A DNA stretch of 64,000 nt from Spirochaetia bacterium (GTDB taxonomy: Bacteria > Spirochaetota > Spirochaetia > WTKD01 > G963693115). Below, piece after piece: positions 39,720 to 50,850 of the stretch. The notes beneath the pieces were generated by a model that searched no databases, had not been told where the DNA came from, and saw only the letters and a program-made list of their open reading frames with translations. The translations under genes were made by a program, and so were the position numbers. Positions within the stretch are counted from its first letter, which is position 1, and the number at the start of each line of letters is the position of its first letter. The stretch spans positions 44,170-108,169 of the forward strand of contig CBDCGX010000050.1 of NCBI GenBank assembly GCA_965216965.1, written 5' to 3'.

Positions 39720-40673
39720 ATGAAACAACAATATATTAGAATATTTAAACAAATATTATTCATAATGAGTATATTATTATTTACTTCTTGTAATAAAATT
39801 GATAATGAAGAACAGCCTTCTACCTCTGGCTTTTTATGGAAACTTACAAATAATAATGCTACTGTATATCTTTTTGCTACAATTGAAATACAAAAAAAAG
39901 TTTTTTTTCCTATACCAGAAAAAGTTAGAACCGCCTTATCCTCATCACAAAAGGTATATTTAGAAAATTTGTCTAAAGACTACTCATCTATTTCAAAATC
40001 AATATTGCAAAAAGCTACCGATAATAAAGCAAATTCAATAGCGACTCTACCTACAAATATTTTAGGCCAAATACCATCATCTTCTTCCATAACAAATAAA
40101 GATCTTAATTCCTATAAACAACAAAATATTGAAATATGGTTTCTTAATCTTATTTTAGAAGTTAGAGAAAAGACCAAAGGAACAACTATTAATCTTTCAA
40201 TATCAAATCATATAGAACGTAGAGCATTAAATGCATCCATACCCCTTAAAGGAATCCTTACGGCATCTGAAACTCTTGCAATAGCTTCATTTTATAATGA
40301 TGTACCAAAAACCGATCAAATCACACTACTCACCAAAACACTTAATGATATTTCTTCTGGGCAAATCTCTACTAAAATTAAAACATATTTATCAGCATAT
40401 ATTAACAACGACTATGCCTCAATGGAAACTTATATTACCAATACTAAAAATAACGCACCAACAATACAGGTAAACAACAAAACGTACTGGCAAATTGCAG
40501 TAGATGATGTTAATATTAAAATTAAAGATATAATTGTTAACCATCTTAGAAATCAAACCGGGCAAATTTTTATTGCTGGAGATTGTTTATCCTTTTTTGG
40601 AACAAGCAGTACAATTCAATTAACTAAAACAGATATCCCTGATGTGATTGTTGAGAAAATTTCGTTGAAATAA
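39720..40673 (+). CDS. TraB/GumN-family lipoprotein.
   Basis: Lipobox LLFTSC. The N-terminal FLWKLTNNNATVYLFATIEIQ resembles the LWKV-K-G-YL-GT-H signature of the TraB/GumN family. Confidence 0.45.
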   Translation: MKQQYIRIFKQILFIMSILLFTSCNKIDNEEQPSTSGFLWKLTNNNATVYLFATIEIQKKVFFPIPEKVRTALSSSQKVYLENLSKDYSSISKSILQKATDNKANSIATLPTNILGQIPSSSSITNKDLNSYKQQNIEIWFLNLILEVREKTKGTTINLSISNHIERRALNASIPLKGILTASETLAIASFYNDVPKTDQITLLTKTLNDISSGQISTKIKTYLSAYINNDYASMETYITNTKNNAPTIQVNNKTYWQIAVDDVNIKIKDIIVNHLRNQTGQIFIAGDCLSFFGTSSTIQLTKTDIPDVIVEKISLK

Positions 40674-40679
40674 AATACT

Positions 40680-42215
40680 TCAACGAACTATATCTATAAG
40701 ATCAGTACCTGTGTTACTTAATGTATCAATAATAAGAAGTAGGTATTTACTCTTCTCATTCCAATATCGTAAATCAACTTCTTGTACTTGTAACTCTTGA
40801 CGCTTTACTTCTTGTTTACTCGCATTTCCCGTTGAAAGTTGTATTTTCTTTTCATTCAAAAAAGCCTTCTGAAGAGCTATATCCAATTCTAAATTACTAA
40901 GAACTTTTTCTTGTACCGCCTTGTCATCATATAATTTCTTCATTTTCCGTATTGCTTCGTCTAACACACTTACATATTCTTCTTTATAAACACTAAGTGC
41001 AAGCGAATTTACACTCTGTCGAGCTTTTTTTTCTACCGAAGATAAGAGCGGAATAAGAACCGAAACAGTAAATCTTAAATCTAGTGAAGCACTATCTAAA
41101 AAAAGATCTGCATAGGAAGCTACAAAACCCCTCTCAGTTGCTCTCATAGGATATTGTGGTTGTAAAGAAAAGTCAAAATTAATTACTGGTCCATCTGCTA
41201 TGTTTTCTAAGTAAAATGAACGACTCTTAATATTATATTCCATAGTCGATTTTTTCACTTGCAAGTTATTTTGCATTTCATTTCTTGTTGGCATAGTATT
41301 AAATACATGCTTCTCCCACCGAGAATTATCCTTTTGAATCGTAATATAAATTGTATCAGGAGCCATTTTTGTCATATATGATGCAATGCGACGAATGTTT
41401 TCGTATTCTGCTTTTACCTTTTTATATTGCTGCTTTTTTTTATTAAGAGTAATTTCAAATGCCTGTAAAACAGTATCAGAAATAATTCCGTTTTTCCTTC
41501 GTATTTTCATAGCCACATAGTCATCTTCTAAAACAATAATTGTACGCTCTAAAAGTTTCTTTTGTTTCTGTAAAGTTATGATCCCATATGCTTGCTCATA
41601 TGACTTGCGTATGAGCATGTTTTGATTTATTGTTGCCTCTATAATCTGCAAACTGTATTCTCTATTTGCAAGAGTCTTTTCACTTGTAAACCACCCCACT
41701 TCTGCAAGATCACTATTTACAAACAATGGCTGTGTCAATGTAAAACTAAATTTTATTTGTTGTCTATAATCTTTTAATCCTTCTTTAATAAATAAGAAAT
41801 TATTTATATTTGTTTCAAAACGGCCTCCAAAAGGAGTGGGAATAGCAAATCTAAGACCTGCCCCAAGATTATAAAACACTTTGTTTTCTTCTATATTTGC
41901 TCCCACAGAATTTCGTTGTAATATCTCAAAAGCGGTAAGCTGGGCTTTATCATATCCAAAAGGTCGTATCATTAAATCAAAGGTTGGCAGAAAGAGTTTA
42001 AAATACGTAAGTTTGCGAACTTTAGTAGCAATTTGTTTCTGTAAAGTTATGCGCCTTTGTTCTGAACTAAAATCCAATATTCTTTTAACAAACGTATCGG
42101 GTGAAACAGCTACAATACTTACAACATCTTTCTTTTGCTGAGAAAAAACATTCCCAATATAAAAAGCAAGCATAATGATAATTAGAAATAATAAGTAGCC
42201 ATGTCGATGCTTCAT
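40680..42215 (-). CDS. Outer-membrane efflux protein (TolC-like OMF).
   Basis: 511 aa, signal peptide, two tandem coiled-coil/beta-strand halves. Last gene of the MFP-RND-OMF operon. Confidence 0.6.
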   Translation of the reverse strand: MKHRHGYLLFLIIIMLAFYIGNVFSQQKKDVVSIVAVSPDTFVKRILDFSSEQRRITLQKQIATKVRKLTYFKLFLPTFDLMIRPFGYDKAQLTAFEILQRNSVGANIEENKVFYNLGAGLRFAIPTPFGGRFETNINNFLFIKEGLKDYRQQIKFSFTLTQPLFVNSDLAEVGWFTSEKTLANREYSLQIIEATINQNMLIRKSYEQAYGIITLQKQKKLLERTIIVLEDDYVAMKIRRKNGIISDTVLQAFEITLNKKKQQYKKVKAEYENIRRIASYMTKMAPDTIYITIQKDNSRWEKHVFNTMPTRNEMQNNLQVKKSTMEYNIKSRSFYLENIADGPVINFDFSLQPQYPMRATERGFVASYADLFLDSASLDLRFTVSVLIPLLSSVEKKARQSVNSLALSVYKEEYVSVLDEAIRKMKKLYDDKAVQEKVLSNLELDIALQKAFLNEKKIQLSTGNASKQEVKRQELQVQEVDLRYWNEKSKYLLLIIDTLSNTGTDLIDIVR

Positions 42216-42329
42216 ATATTTTATTCCTTTATTTTAGATATGAGTTCATTAATTGCCTCATTTAGTTCTTTGCTCTTTTTATTATACTCATGTATTTTTA
42301 TTTTATATGATTTTTCATCATTTTTTTCT

Positions 42330-45300
42330 TTATAGTGCTTCTTTTTTATACAAGGCATTTTGAGGAAGCATCTTCCCTGGAAGAATACCTCTCCTCATAA
42401 TTAGGATGGGGTTCTGATTCATTGTTTCATCAGAATTATAAAGAAGTACATCTGCATGATAATCATCTTTAGAAAAAAGTGCATAGAATGCAGGCAATAT
42501 AAATAATGTAGTAATTGTAGAAAAACTTAGTCCAACCGCAATAGTGCTTGCCATAGGTTGCCAAATAGGAGATGATCCACTCAATCCCAACGCAGTAGGA
42601 AGAACACCCACAATAGTAGTAAAACTCGTAAGCACTACAGGTTTGAACCTTTGCTTTGACGCTAGCATAATAGCTTTAACATGGGTCATGTTTGATGTTT
42701 TCTTAAAATTATCATTTGCTGTACTAATAAGCACAATAGCATTATTAACTACTACCCCTACCAATGCAACAAATGAATACAATACAGAAATAGAAAGTGC
42801 CGTTCCACTCAAAAGCAAATATATACTTACCCCTATAGTTGTAAAAAATATCGTAAGCATAATCAAAATAGGTTGAAAATAACTTTTAAATTCAGCCGTG
42901 AGAATTACATAAACAAGAACAATACTAACTAAAAGTAAAACTAAAATACTCTCTAATAAACCAGAAAACTGGTCAAATTCCCCTCCAATTTTAAATTCAA
43001 TTTTCTCTTTCTCATTTGTAATCTCTTGTTCTGCAAGAGCCGCAATACTTGTATTAATTTGCCTCACCCTGCTTCTTGAAAAAGACTCAGCTGTAATCCT
43101 TACCATTCGCTTACCATTTTCTCTATATATGCTTGCAAGATTTTTTTCCTCTTTTACAGTAGCAAAAGAGGAAAACGGAACTATTGTGCCATCACTAGTG
43201 GGAAACGTTATAAAAATAATTTCCTTCTTGCTAAGACCAGATTTTGTACCTAATTTAACAACTATATCTGTTTGTTCATTATTAACAAATACAGACCCTA
43301 TAGGATCCTCTGCAAAAAATCTCCGTAAGGTATCTCCAATATAGGCAAGAGTTAATCCATATTGAGCAGCCTTTTCTTTATCTATATCTATAATAAGTAG
43401 TGGCGTCTTAGAAACAAAATTACTTCTTATATTATATAGCTCATCAAAAGTCGAAAGTTTTGCTCTTATTTTTTTTTCTATTCTGCTCATTGCATTTAGA
43501 CTATCTCCACGTATTTGATAACCAATTGCTGGGGTAGAAGGCGGTCCTGAACGTTGCTTCCTAATTCTTACAGAATCTGGTCCTGCAATAGATACAATAC
43601 GACTTCTCACCTCTTCCATGACGATATCCATAGGAATTGCCTTCTTATTTGAATATACACTCTCCACTTCTATTTGAAACTGAGCATTATTTGCCTTATC
43701 TATTCTTATACCTTCTGTATAATCAGGTTCGGTATTTCCTATAAACGTAAGAATATTTTTTACTTTTCCTTCTCTCTGTAATGGAAGTATCTTCCTTTCC
43801 ATTCCTTTTACAATTGCATTTGATCTTTGCATTGAAGATCCCGCAGGCATAGTAATATCGACAAAGAAAAAAGGCTGGTCCTCAGTATCATATAAGCTTA
43901 CAGGAACAAAGAAAAAGACTGCTATCCCCCCCGAAATAACAATTACAGTTATTATACATACTATTTTTCGGAACTTGAGCACAAAAGACAATACATAGCC
44001 AACAAAGCACCTAGAAACTTCAAATATTTTCATCTCATGGGTTCTGTCATCTCCCGGAAGCGTCATATAATGAACAGGTATTACCACCAAAGCACTTACA
44101 GTAGACACAATAAGCGTCACCGTTATAGTAATGGGTACTGGGATTAAAAATTTACCTATAAATCCAGGCATAAATATAAGTGGAAAAAATGTTCCTATAG
44201 TAGTAAGACTTGAAGTTATTATAGGAAAGGCAACGTCATCCAGTCCCTCTATTACTGCCTGCTTTCTCTTCTTTTTATGAAAGTGTCTTAGGCGTATTAT
44301 ATTTTCTAAAATAACAATGCTGTGGTCAACTATCATTCCAAGCACTAATACTAAAGCAAAGAGCGTAGAACTATTAAGCGTAATACCAAGTAATTTTAAT
44401 ACAAAAAAACTTGTAGCGAACGTAAATGGAATTTCTATTGCAGAAATAACAGCCGAACGCCACCCTAAAAAAATAAAAAGCGAAACGAAAAGCAAAACAA
44501 ATCCCGTTAAAGCATTTGCAACCAAAACATTTATAGTATTGTTAATACTTTCTGTGGTATCTGCAAATACATTAATAGATATGTCTTGTCCTCTTTCATC
44601 AAATTTATTCTGTAATTTGCCTATATTCTTTTTTATTTTTTTAACAAGCGTAACTGAATCTGCACTTTCTTTTTTGTATACTTTAAATTCAACCGCGGTT
44701 TCTCCATTAAATCGAACTCGTTGTAGTTGAGTATTATAATTACTTGTAACATGTGCAATATCTTTTAACTTTGTAAGATTATTTCCATCTTTTCGGATAA
44801 TAATCTCTGAAATATTTTCTGCAGTGGAGAAATTACCAGAAACACGAATATTAAGTTCTTGTGTTTGCGTTCTTAAGACTCCGCCCGGAACAGAAACATT
44901 CCACTGTGAAATTGCTTTGTTGACCTCTTGCACAGCTATACCACGAGAGCGCAATTGATCTTTATCTAAATTAATTACAATCCTCTTATCAAAAAGCCCT
45001 TTACTTTCTACTCTCATTACTCCATCAATAGTTTTAATGGTATCCCTTACAATTTTTGAGTCGCGTATAATGCCCTCTACCCTTTCATCTGAGGCACTTT
45101 TTGATGACACCACTACATTTACTATAGATAAGAAATCTAAATATGTAAAATCAACTACGTTGGGACGGAGTGCATTCTTAGGCAGCTCAAGGTTTCCAAT
45201 AAGTGCTTGGACTTCTTGATACTTATTCTGAAAATCCTGTGCTGAAAGTGATTGTGAAAATTCTAGTCGTGTAAAATTTAAACCATCAGATATAAGTGAA

Positions 45301-45542
45301 TTCATTGTGTTGACTCCACTTATGCCTAGCAACTGCTCTTCTACCTTTTGAGTAATATCTTTTTCTACCTCAAACGCTGTTGCACCAGGATAGGCAACGA
45401 GTATATGCACATAATATAAAGGAACATTGGGATATTGCTCTCTTTGCATTGTAAAAAGCATATAGAGCCCTAACAACGCTAAAGCAACACGCAGTGTATT
45501 AATAGAAATGTGGTTGTTAAGCGCAAATTTTCCTAATCTCAT
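42330..45542 (-). CDS. RND efflux transporter (AcrB/HAE1-like).
   Basis: 1070 aa, 12-TM topology with two large periplasmic loops and typical RND TM4/TM10 regions. Confidence 0.85.
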   Translation of the reverse strand: MRLGKFALNNHISINTLRVALALLGLYMLFTMQREQYPNVPLYYVHILVAYPGATAFEVEKDITQKVEEQLLGISGVNTMNSLISDGLNFTRLEFSQSLSAQDFQNKYQEVQALIGNLELPKNALRPNVVDFTYLDFLSIVNVVVSSKSASDERVEGIIRDSKIVRDTIKTIDGVMRVESKGLFDKRIVINLDKDQLRSRGIAVQEVNKAISQWNVSVPGGVLRTQTQELNIRVSGNFSTAENISEIIIRKDGNNLTKLKDIAHVTSNYNTQLQRVRFNGETAVEFKVYKKESADSVTLVKKIKKNIGKLQNKFDERGQDISINVFADTTESINNTINVLVANALTGFVLLFVSLFIFLGWRSAVISAIEIPFTFATSFFVLKLLGITLNSSTLFALVLVLGMIVDHSIVILENIIRLRHFHKKKRKQAVIEGLDDVAFPIITSSLTTIGTFFPLIFMPGFIGKFLIPVPITITVTLIVSTVSALVVIPVHYMTLPGDDRTHEMKIFEVSRCFVGYVLSFVLKFRKIVCIITVIVISGGIAVFFFVPVSLYDTEDQPFFFVDITMPAGSSMQRSNAIVKGMERKILPLQREGKVKNILTFIGNTEPDYTEGIRIDKANNAQFQIEVESVYSNKKAIPMDIVMEEVRSRIVSIAGPDSVRIRKQRSGPPSTPAIGYQIRGDSLNAMSRIEKKIRAKLSTFDELYNIRSNFVSKTPLLIIDIDKEKAAQYGLTLAYIGDTLRRFFAEDPIGSVFVNNEQTDIVVKLGTKSGLSKKEIIFITFPTSDGTIVPFSSFATVKEEKNLASIYRENGKRMVRITAESFSRSRVRQINTSIAALAEQEITNEKEKIEFKIGGEFDQFSGLLESILVLLLVSIVLVYVILTAEFKSYFQPILIMLTIFFTTIGVSIYLLLSGTALSISVLYSFVALVGVVVNNAIVLISTANDNFKKTSNMTHVKAIMLASKQRFKPVVLTSFTTIVGVLPTALGLSGSSPIWQPMASTIAVGLSFSTITTLFILPAFYALFSKDDYHADVLLYNSDETMNQNPILIMRRGILPGKMLPQNALYKKEAL

Positions 45543-45571
45543 ATCTCATACATATCTTCTAAATCTTATTT

Positions 45572-46690
45572 TTAAAAAGTATCTGTAATACCAACAATAC
45601 TTACATATATCTTCTGCTTATCTATTAGCTTATTTAAAGCAGAAATAATCACTACAGGATTAGCATTACTGTTTTGTATTCCTGAAATAATTTCTGCACG
45701 CCCTAAAAATTCTCTTCCCGTAACAACAGGAACCTTCCTTGCTAGATAGCCTACTGTCCCTTTTTCTGCAAGAAAAATATATTTTTGTTCTTTCTCTTGG
45801 AAGATAATAGATTTGGGAATAATTGGATACAACACATTTCTATGTTCTCCTTCCTTTTCTGTAAATATTTTTACATTGGCCACGAGTCCCGAACGAATAG
45901 CTTCTTTGTCTTTTGGATAAAATATAAGTTCTACTCTAACTCCTCCCGTTTTCACATCTATAGCAGCAGATATAGATTGAACATGTGCCACATAAAACGT
46001 GCCAAGTGCTTGTATTCGCACTTCCGCTTTATTTTCTTTTGATATCCAACCAATAAGACTGTCAGCTATAGACATTTCAACCCTTGCCCACTCCCTATTT
46101 GATATTCTCCCTACTACAGCTCCCTGCGAAATAACACTTCCAACAGAAATAACACGGCTCTTGTCAGAAATATACCCATTCACAGATGCACGTATTATTG
46201 TATCCTCATATTGGGACTTTGTGGCAGTGTACTGAGTTTGTGCTGCATAATATTTTGATCGTGCATCTACTAATTCTTGTTGTGATATTGCTCCATTTTT
46301 AAATAATTCTTGAGAACCATTGAGAAATATTTTTGCATTCTTGAGGTCTTGAGCTGCTTTAGAAAACTGATATTTTTGAATAGTTCTTTCCACTGATACG
46401 AGTACATCACCAGCTTTTACATAATCGCCAAGATTAAAATATACCTTTTCAATAGTTCCTTGTGTCTTAGAGATAATAGTCACTTCATCTTTTCCAAGCA
46501 CAATCCCCGTTCCTTCCACCACAGATAGCAATGGAGCACGAACAACTTGAAGCCCTTGAACATAAGTAAGGGGTTCTTCCTTACTTATACTCTCCTTCTT
46601 TGAACAAGACAACAAGAAAACGAGAATAACACCAATAAGCAACATATGTTTATACATATGTTGCGTAATATGGTATATTATCTTCTTCAT
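45572..46690 (-). CDS. RND efflux membrane fusion protein (HlyD/AcrA family).
   Basis: 372 aa, N-terminal anchor with Cys (LVFLLSCSKK), lipoyl/hairpin/beta-barrel segments. First gene of the efflux operon. Confidence 0.7.
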   Translation of the reverse strand: MKKIIYHITQHMYKHMLLIGVILVFLLSCSKKESISKEEPLTYVQGLQVVRAPLLSVVEGTGIVLGKDEVTIISKTQGTIEKVYFNLGDYVKAGDVLVSVERTIQKYQFSKAAQDLKNAKIFLNGSQELFKNGAISQQELVDARSKYYAAQTQYTATKSQYEDTIIRASVNGYISDKSRVISVGSVISQGAVVGRISNREWARVEMSIADSLIGWISKENKAEVRIQALGTFYVAHVQSISAAIDVKTGGVRVELIFYPKDKEAIRSGLVANVKIFTEKEGEHRNVLYPIIPKSIIFQEKEQKYIFLAEKGTVGYLARKVPVVTGREFLGRAEIISGIQNSNANPVVIISALNKLIDKQKIYVSIVGITDTF

Positions 46691-46846
46691 CTACATAGCC
46701 TCTTTAAAATACATTTTCAAACTGTATATCACAGCACATATACAATTATTCTTAATCTTAAGTATATATGCTTTTTGTTGAAACAACATGTTTTTATATA
46801 AATCTTATCAAAATAATAAGATGAAACGTTATAAATACTTACCTAT

Positions 46847-47440
46847 TTACAAATAATGATCCATCTTTTTTTGTTTTGTTTCAAGATATTTTCTATTATG
46901 CTTATTTATTTTTTGAGGAATAATCGGCACTCTCTCAACAACTACAATTCCATTATTTTGCAGTTGTAAGACTTTTTCTGGATTATTTGTCATCAATTTT
47001 ACAGAGGCAACACCCAAATCTTGCAATATAAACGCTGCAATAGAAAAATCTCTTGCATCTATAGGATGTCCCAGCTTTATATTTGCCTCAACAGTATCAA
47101 ACCCCTTAGACTGCAAATTATATGCCTTTATTTTTTCCGAAAGTCCTATTCCCCTTCCTTCTTGTCGCAAATACAATACCACCCCAGTTTTTTCTTCCTC
47201 AATACGCTTAAGACTAATATTAAGTTGTTCTTTGCAATCGCAACGAAGAGAATGAAATACTTCACCTGTCAAACACTCTGAGTGAATTCTACATAATATT
47301 GTCTTTTTTGTAGCAATATCTCCCTTTACAAGGGCAACGTGCTCCTTGTTTTGATCATCTTGATATATATAAATAGAAAAGACTCCGTGTTCAGTGGGAA
47401 GCGTGCTTTGTACTATGAATGTTATAGTATTTGTTTCCAT
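46847..47440 (-). CDS. ribA: GTP cyclohydrolase II.
   Basis: RIHSECLTGEVF and RCDCKEQL zinc-binding motifs, LYLRQEGRGIG. The internal start METNT avoids overlap with efp. Confidence 0.75.
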   Translation of the reverse strand: METNTITFIVQSTLPTEHGVFSIYIYQDDQNKEHVALVKGDIATKKTILCRIHSECLTGEVFHSLRCDCKEQLNISLKRIEEEKTGVVLYLRQEGRGIGLSEKIKAYNLQSKGFDTVEANIKLGHPIDARDFSIAAFILQDLGVASVKLMTNNPEKVLQLQNNGIVVVERVPIIPQKINKHNRKYLETKQKKMDHYL

Positions 47441-47450
47441 GATAACCTTG

Positions 47451-48014
47451 CTACAAACGTGCTCTCTCAACATATTCGCCATTCTCTGTATTTATTACTA
47501 CTTTTTCCCCTTCCTTTATAAATCCAGGAACCTTTACCTGTATTCCCCCTTCACATTCTACAATTTTAGTTACACCTGTAGTTGTATCTCCCTTTACAGC
47601 ATCGGCAGACGTTATAACAGTAAGAATAACTTTAGGTGGAAGAATAATATCCACTAAGTTCCCCTCCAGAAGAACCATTTGATACGATTCCCCTTCTTTA
47701 AGATAGTACTTATAATGAGCCAATGCTGTTATATTAATATTATATTGCTCAAAGGTTTCATTATCCATGAAAAAATATCTTTGGTCATCTTGGTATAAAT
47801 ACTGTCCCTGTTTATTCATAACATCTGCACATTCCAGATTATCTTGTGTTTTAATTGTTTCTTTAAGTACTTGTCCACTTATAAGCCCTTTTAGCTTACA
47901 ACGAACAAATGCCGATCCCTTTCCTGGGTTTACAAATTCTCGTTCTACCACACAAAATGGTTCATTGTTTTTATAAAAGATATACATTCCTTTCTCTATT
48001 TGTCCTGCTTTCAT
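47451..48014 (-). CDS. efp: Elongation factor P.
   Basis: MKAGQIEKGMYIFYKNNEPFCVVEREFVNPGKGSAFVRCKLKGLISGQVL is the canonical EF-P with its KPGKG-like loop. Confidence 0.9.
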   Translation of the reverse strand: MKAGQIEKGMYIFYKNNEPFCVVEREFVNPGKGSAFVRCKLKGLISGQVLKETIKTQDNLECADVMNKQGQYLYQDDQRYFFMDNETFEQYNINITALAHYKYYLKEGESYQMVLLEGNLVDIILPPKVILTVITSADAVKGDTTTGVTKIVECEGGIQVKVPGFIKEGEKVVINTENGEYVERARL

Positions 48015-48353
48015 ATATCAATTATACCATAATCTATTAAAGATGCTTTATACTCATCTCTCCTTAGGATGATTATACAACAAATACTACAAACACATGT
48101 CTTAACTTATAACTACAAGATTCCTTTACCCCCCACACTATCTTACTTTATTCCATTTACAACCACAAAATATTGCCATAAACAATATCATACCAATACA
48201 CAAATAATATTATTTATAAAAAATACCACTTTACTTATTGACACTATTTTTACAAAAATACTATCATCTAAAGTAATAATAAATAAAAATAACAAAATAG
48301 TAGTTTTTTATTGAAATTATACTATTACGTAATAAAATATTAGGAGTTAATAT

Positions 48354-49763
48354 ATGAATTATACTTCAGAATCTATTTTAAAATGGATAAAAGACGAAAG
48401 TATTGAATATGTAGATATTCAATTTGGCGACATGTTTGGAAGACTGCACCATATCACTTTTGTAGCAACCGAGCTTGACCACTCTCAACTTAAAAATGGA
48501 ATCCCATTTGATGGATCTTCCATACGAGCATGGAAAGGTATAGAAAAATCTGACATGCTTTTTATTCCAGATCCTACTAGTGCCTTTATTGATCCATTTA
48601 GACAAAGAAAAACTCTAATTGTGTTTGGAGATATCAAAGAACCAAGAGGTGGCGACCTATACACCCGTGCTCCTCGTACCATTGCACAAACAGCAGTTGA
48701 ATATCTCCGTAGTACAGGAATTGGCGATGAAATATTCTTTGGACCTGAACCTGAATTTTTTATATTTGATGATGTTGGATTTGAAATTGGCTCCAATTAC
48801 TCCTTTCATCATGTAGATAGTGGTGAAGGATCGTGGAATTCATCTTCAGAAACAGGGGGGCACGGACATACGATACAACCAAAAGAAGGATATCTTCCAA
48901 CAACACCCCAAGATAGCCTCATGGATCTTCGATCAGAGATTACTACTCGCATGCAACAAATGAATATGAAAGTACACCTTCATCATCATGAAGTTGCTGT
49001 AGCTCAAGGAGAAATAGGCATAGAATTTAATAATGCCGTTGCCGCAGGTGATGACGTTCATAAATATAAATATGCTGTTAAAAACACTGCCACCGAGTTT
49101 GGGAAATCGGCTACATTTATGCCTAAACCTCTCTATGGAGATAATGGGAGTGGAATGCATGTACATAGCTCAATATGGAAAAACAATAAAAACCTCTTTG
49201 CAGGGGACAAATACGCTAATTTATCTCAAGAAGCATTATATGCAATTGGAGGACTCTTAAAACATGGTCGCTCTATACAGGCATTCACTAATCCAACATT
49301 AAATAGCTATAAACGTCTTGTTCCTGGCTATGAAGCACCTGTTCGTCTCGCATATAGTGCAACAAATCGATCTGCTGCTATTCGTATTCCTCATGTAACA
49401 AGTGAAAAAGCTCGAAGGTTTGAATTTAGATGTGGTGATGCGTCAGGGAGCCCTTACCTTAATTTTGCAGCAATGACAATGGCAATGATAGACGGAATTA
49501 GGAATCATATAGATCCAGGTGAATCTATGGATAAAAACATATACGATCTCCCTTCTTCTGAACTTAAAAATATCCCCTCTACCTGTGCAAATCTTGAAAT
49601 TGCACTAAACACTCTCAAAGAAGATAGTCAATATCTAACAGAAGGTGATGTATTTAGTGACGATTTTATTAACTCTTATATTAACTTTAAAAAGGAAACA
49701 GAAATTGAGCCTGCAAAATTATATCCAAGCTCTTTAGAATTTCAGCTCTACTACACATTATAA
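48354..49763 (+). CDS. glnA: Glutamine synthetase, type I.
   Basis: 469 aa. N-terminal beta-grasp (YVDIQFGDMFGRLHHITF), ATP-binding region KPLYGDNGSGMHVHSSIW, NPTLNSYKRLVPGYEAP. Confidence 0.85.
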   Translation: MNYTSESILKWIKDESIEYVDIQFGDMFGRLHHITFVATELDHSQLKNGIPFDGSSIRAWKGIEKSDMLFIPDPTSAFIDPFRQRKTLIVFGDIKEPRGGDLYTRAPRTIAQTAVEYLRSTGIGDEIFFGPEPEFFIFDDVGFEIGSNYSFHHVDSGEGSWNSSSETGGHGHTIQPKEGYLPTTPQDSLMDLRSEITTRMQQMNMKVHLHHHEVAVAQGEIGIEFNNAVAAGDDVHKYKYAVKNTATEFGKSATFMPKPLYGDNGSGMHVHSSIWKNNKNLFAGDKYANLSQEALYAIGGLLKHGRSIQAFTNPTLNSYKRLVPGYEAPVRLAYSATNRSAAIRIPHVTSEKARRFEFRCGDASGSPYLNFAAMTMAMIDGIRNHIDPGESMDKNIYDLPSSELKNIPSTCANLEIALNTLKEDSQYLTEGDVFSDDFINSYINFKKETEIEPAKLYPSSLEFQLYYTL

Positions 49764-49873
49764 AATAAACAAATAGTCGTAGAAAGAATAAAGTACTATA
49801 ATCTATACTGTGGCACTTCTTAGAATAAAAAAACTATACTATAAGAACTCATGCTTCCTGGATTATAATTTTA

Positions 49874-50797
49874 ATGAAGAGTAAAATATCATATATCATT
49901 TTCAAAATCCTTGCTCGCTTCTCCCTTCTGTTTGTATGTGTTTCTTTTATATCTTTTTTCATACTTTACAACATTCCTGGAAATACAAAAGATGTTCTCA
50001 CTGGGTTAGAAACGCAGCCCTTATCTATTGGAAACACAATTAATAACCTGCAAAAGCCATTTTGGAAATCATATTATTTATGGTTTTCTCATGCTATAAG
50101 GTTTGACCTAGGAACATCTCTACTAAATGGGAATCCAGTTACAGCTATTATTGCAAAACGATGGAAAATATCTGCACTCCTTGCATTGCTCAGCTTCATT
50201 CCATCTCTATTTATGTCAATATTCTGGGCACGACATATGTATATATACCAAAAAGAGAGAAAAACAAAGTCTCTTATAACACTTCATGGCGGGTTATTGC
50301 TTTTAATGTCCTTTACATCTCTTACACTATCTATCTTGCTTGTAATAATTCTCACATTTTTTCATATTCCTATTCCCATCTTTTACGGCACAGGACTTTT
50401 GCGGTATGTAACCCCAATAACAGTTCTCATAATCGTACAAATTCCAGTTTATGTACGGTCACTTTCAACATCAATTAATATTGTAAAAAGATCTCCTTTC
50501 ATCTATTTTTCTCAATCTCTTGGTTTTCCCGAAAGGAAAATATGGTGGTATGAAATATTACCTAATGCATTCTTATTTACACTTGAGATTGTTGCTATCC
50601 AGATAGGATATCTTCTCGGAGGAACAATACTTATAGAGTATCTCTTCTCACTTCCCGGACTTGGAAGTTTACTTGTATATTCTCTTTATTCACGAGATAT
50701 TTATGTAATCCAAGCAATAGTACTGCTTAATGCAGCCACTGTCATGATAGTGAGAGAAATAACGAAAAGTATCCGCCCATGTTTCATGGTTACATAA
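49874..50797 (+). CDS. ABC transporter permease, OppB/DppB family. An orphan with no cognate OppC/D/F nearby.
   Basis: N-terminal IIFKILARFSLLFVCVSFISFFILYNIPGN matches the OppB leader. EAA-like loop FSQSLGFPERKIWWYEILPNAF. Confidence 0.6.
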   Translation: MKSKISYIIFKILARFSLLFVCVSFISFFILYNIPGNTKDVLTGLETQPLSIGNTINNLQKPFWKSYYLWFSHAIRFDLGTSLLNGNPVTAIIAKRWKISALLALLSFIPSLFMSIFWARHMYIYQKERKTKSLITLHGGLLLLMSFTSLTLSILLVIILTFFHIPIPIFYGTGLLRYVTPITVLIIVQIPVYVRSLSTSINIVKRSPFIYFSQSLGFPERKIWWYEILPNAFLFTLEIVAIQIGYLLGGTILIEYLFSLPGLGSLLVYSLYSRDIYVIQAIVLLNAATVMIVREITKSIRPCFMVT

Positions 50798-50850
50798 TAT
50801 ATACATAAAATATTTCTGCTAAATAAAGTATTATTTATTATAATAAACTT

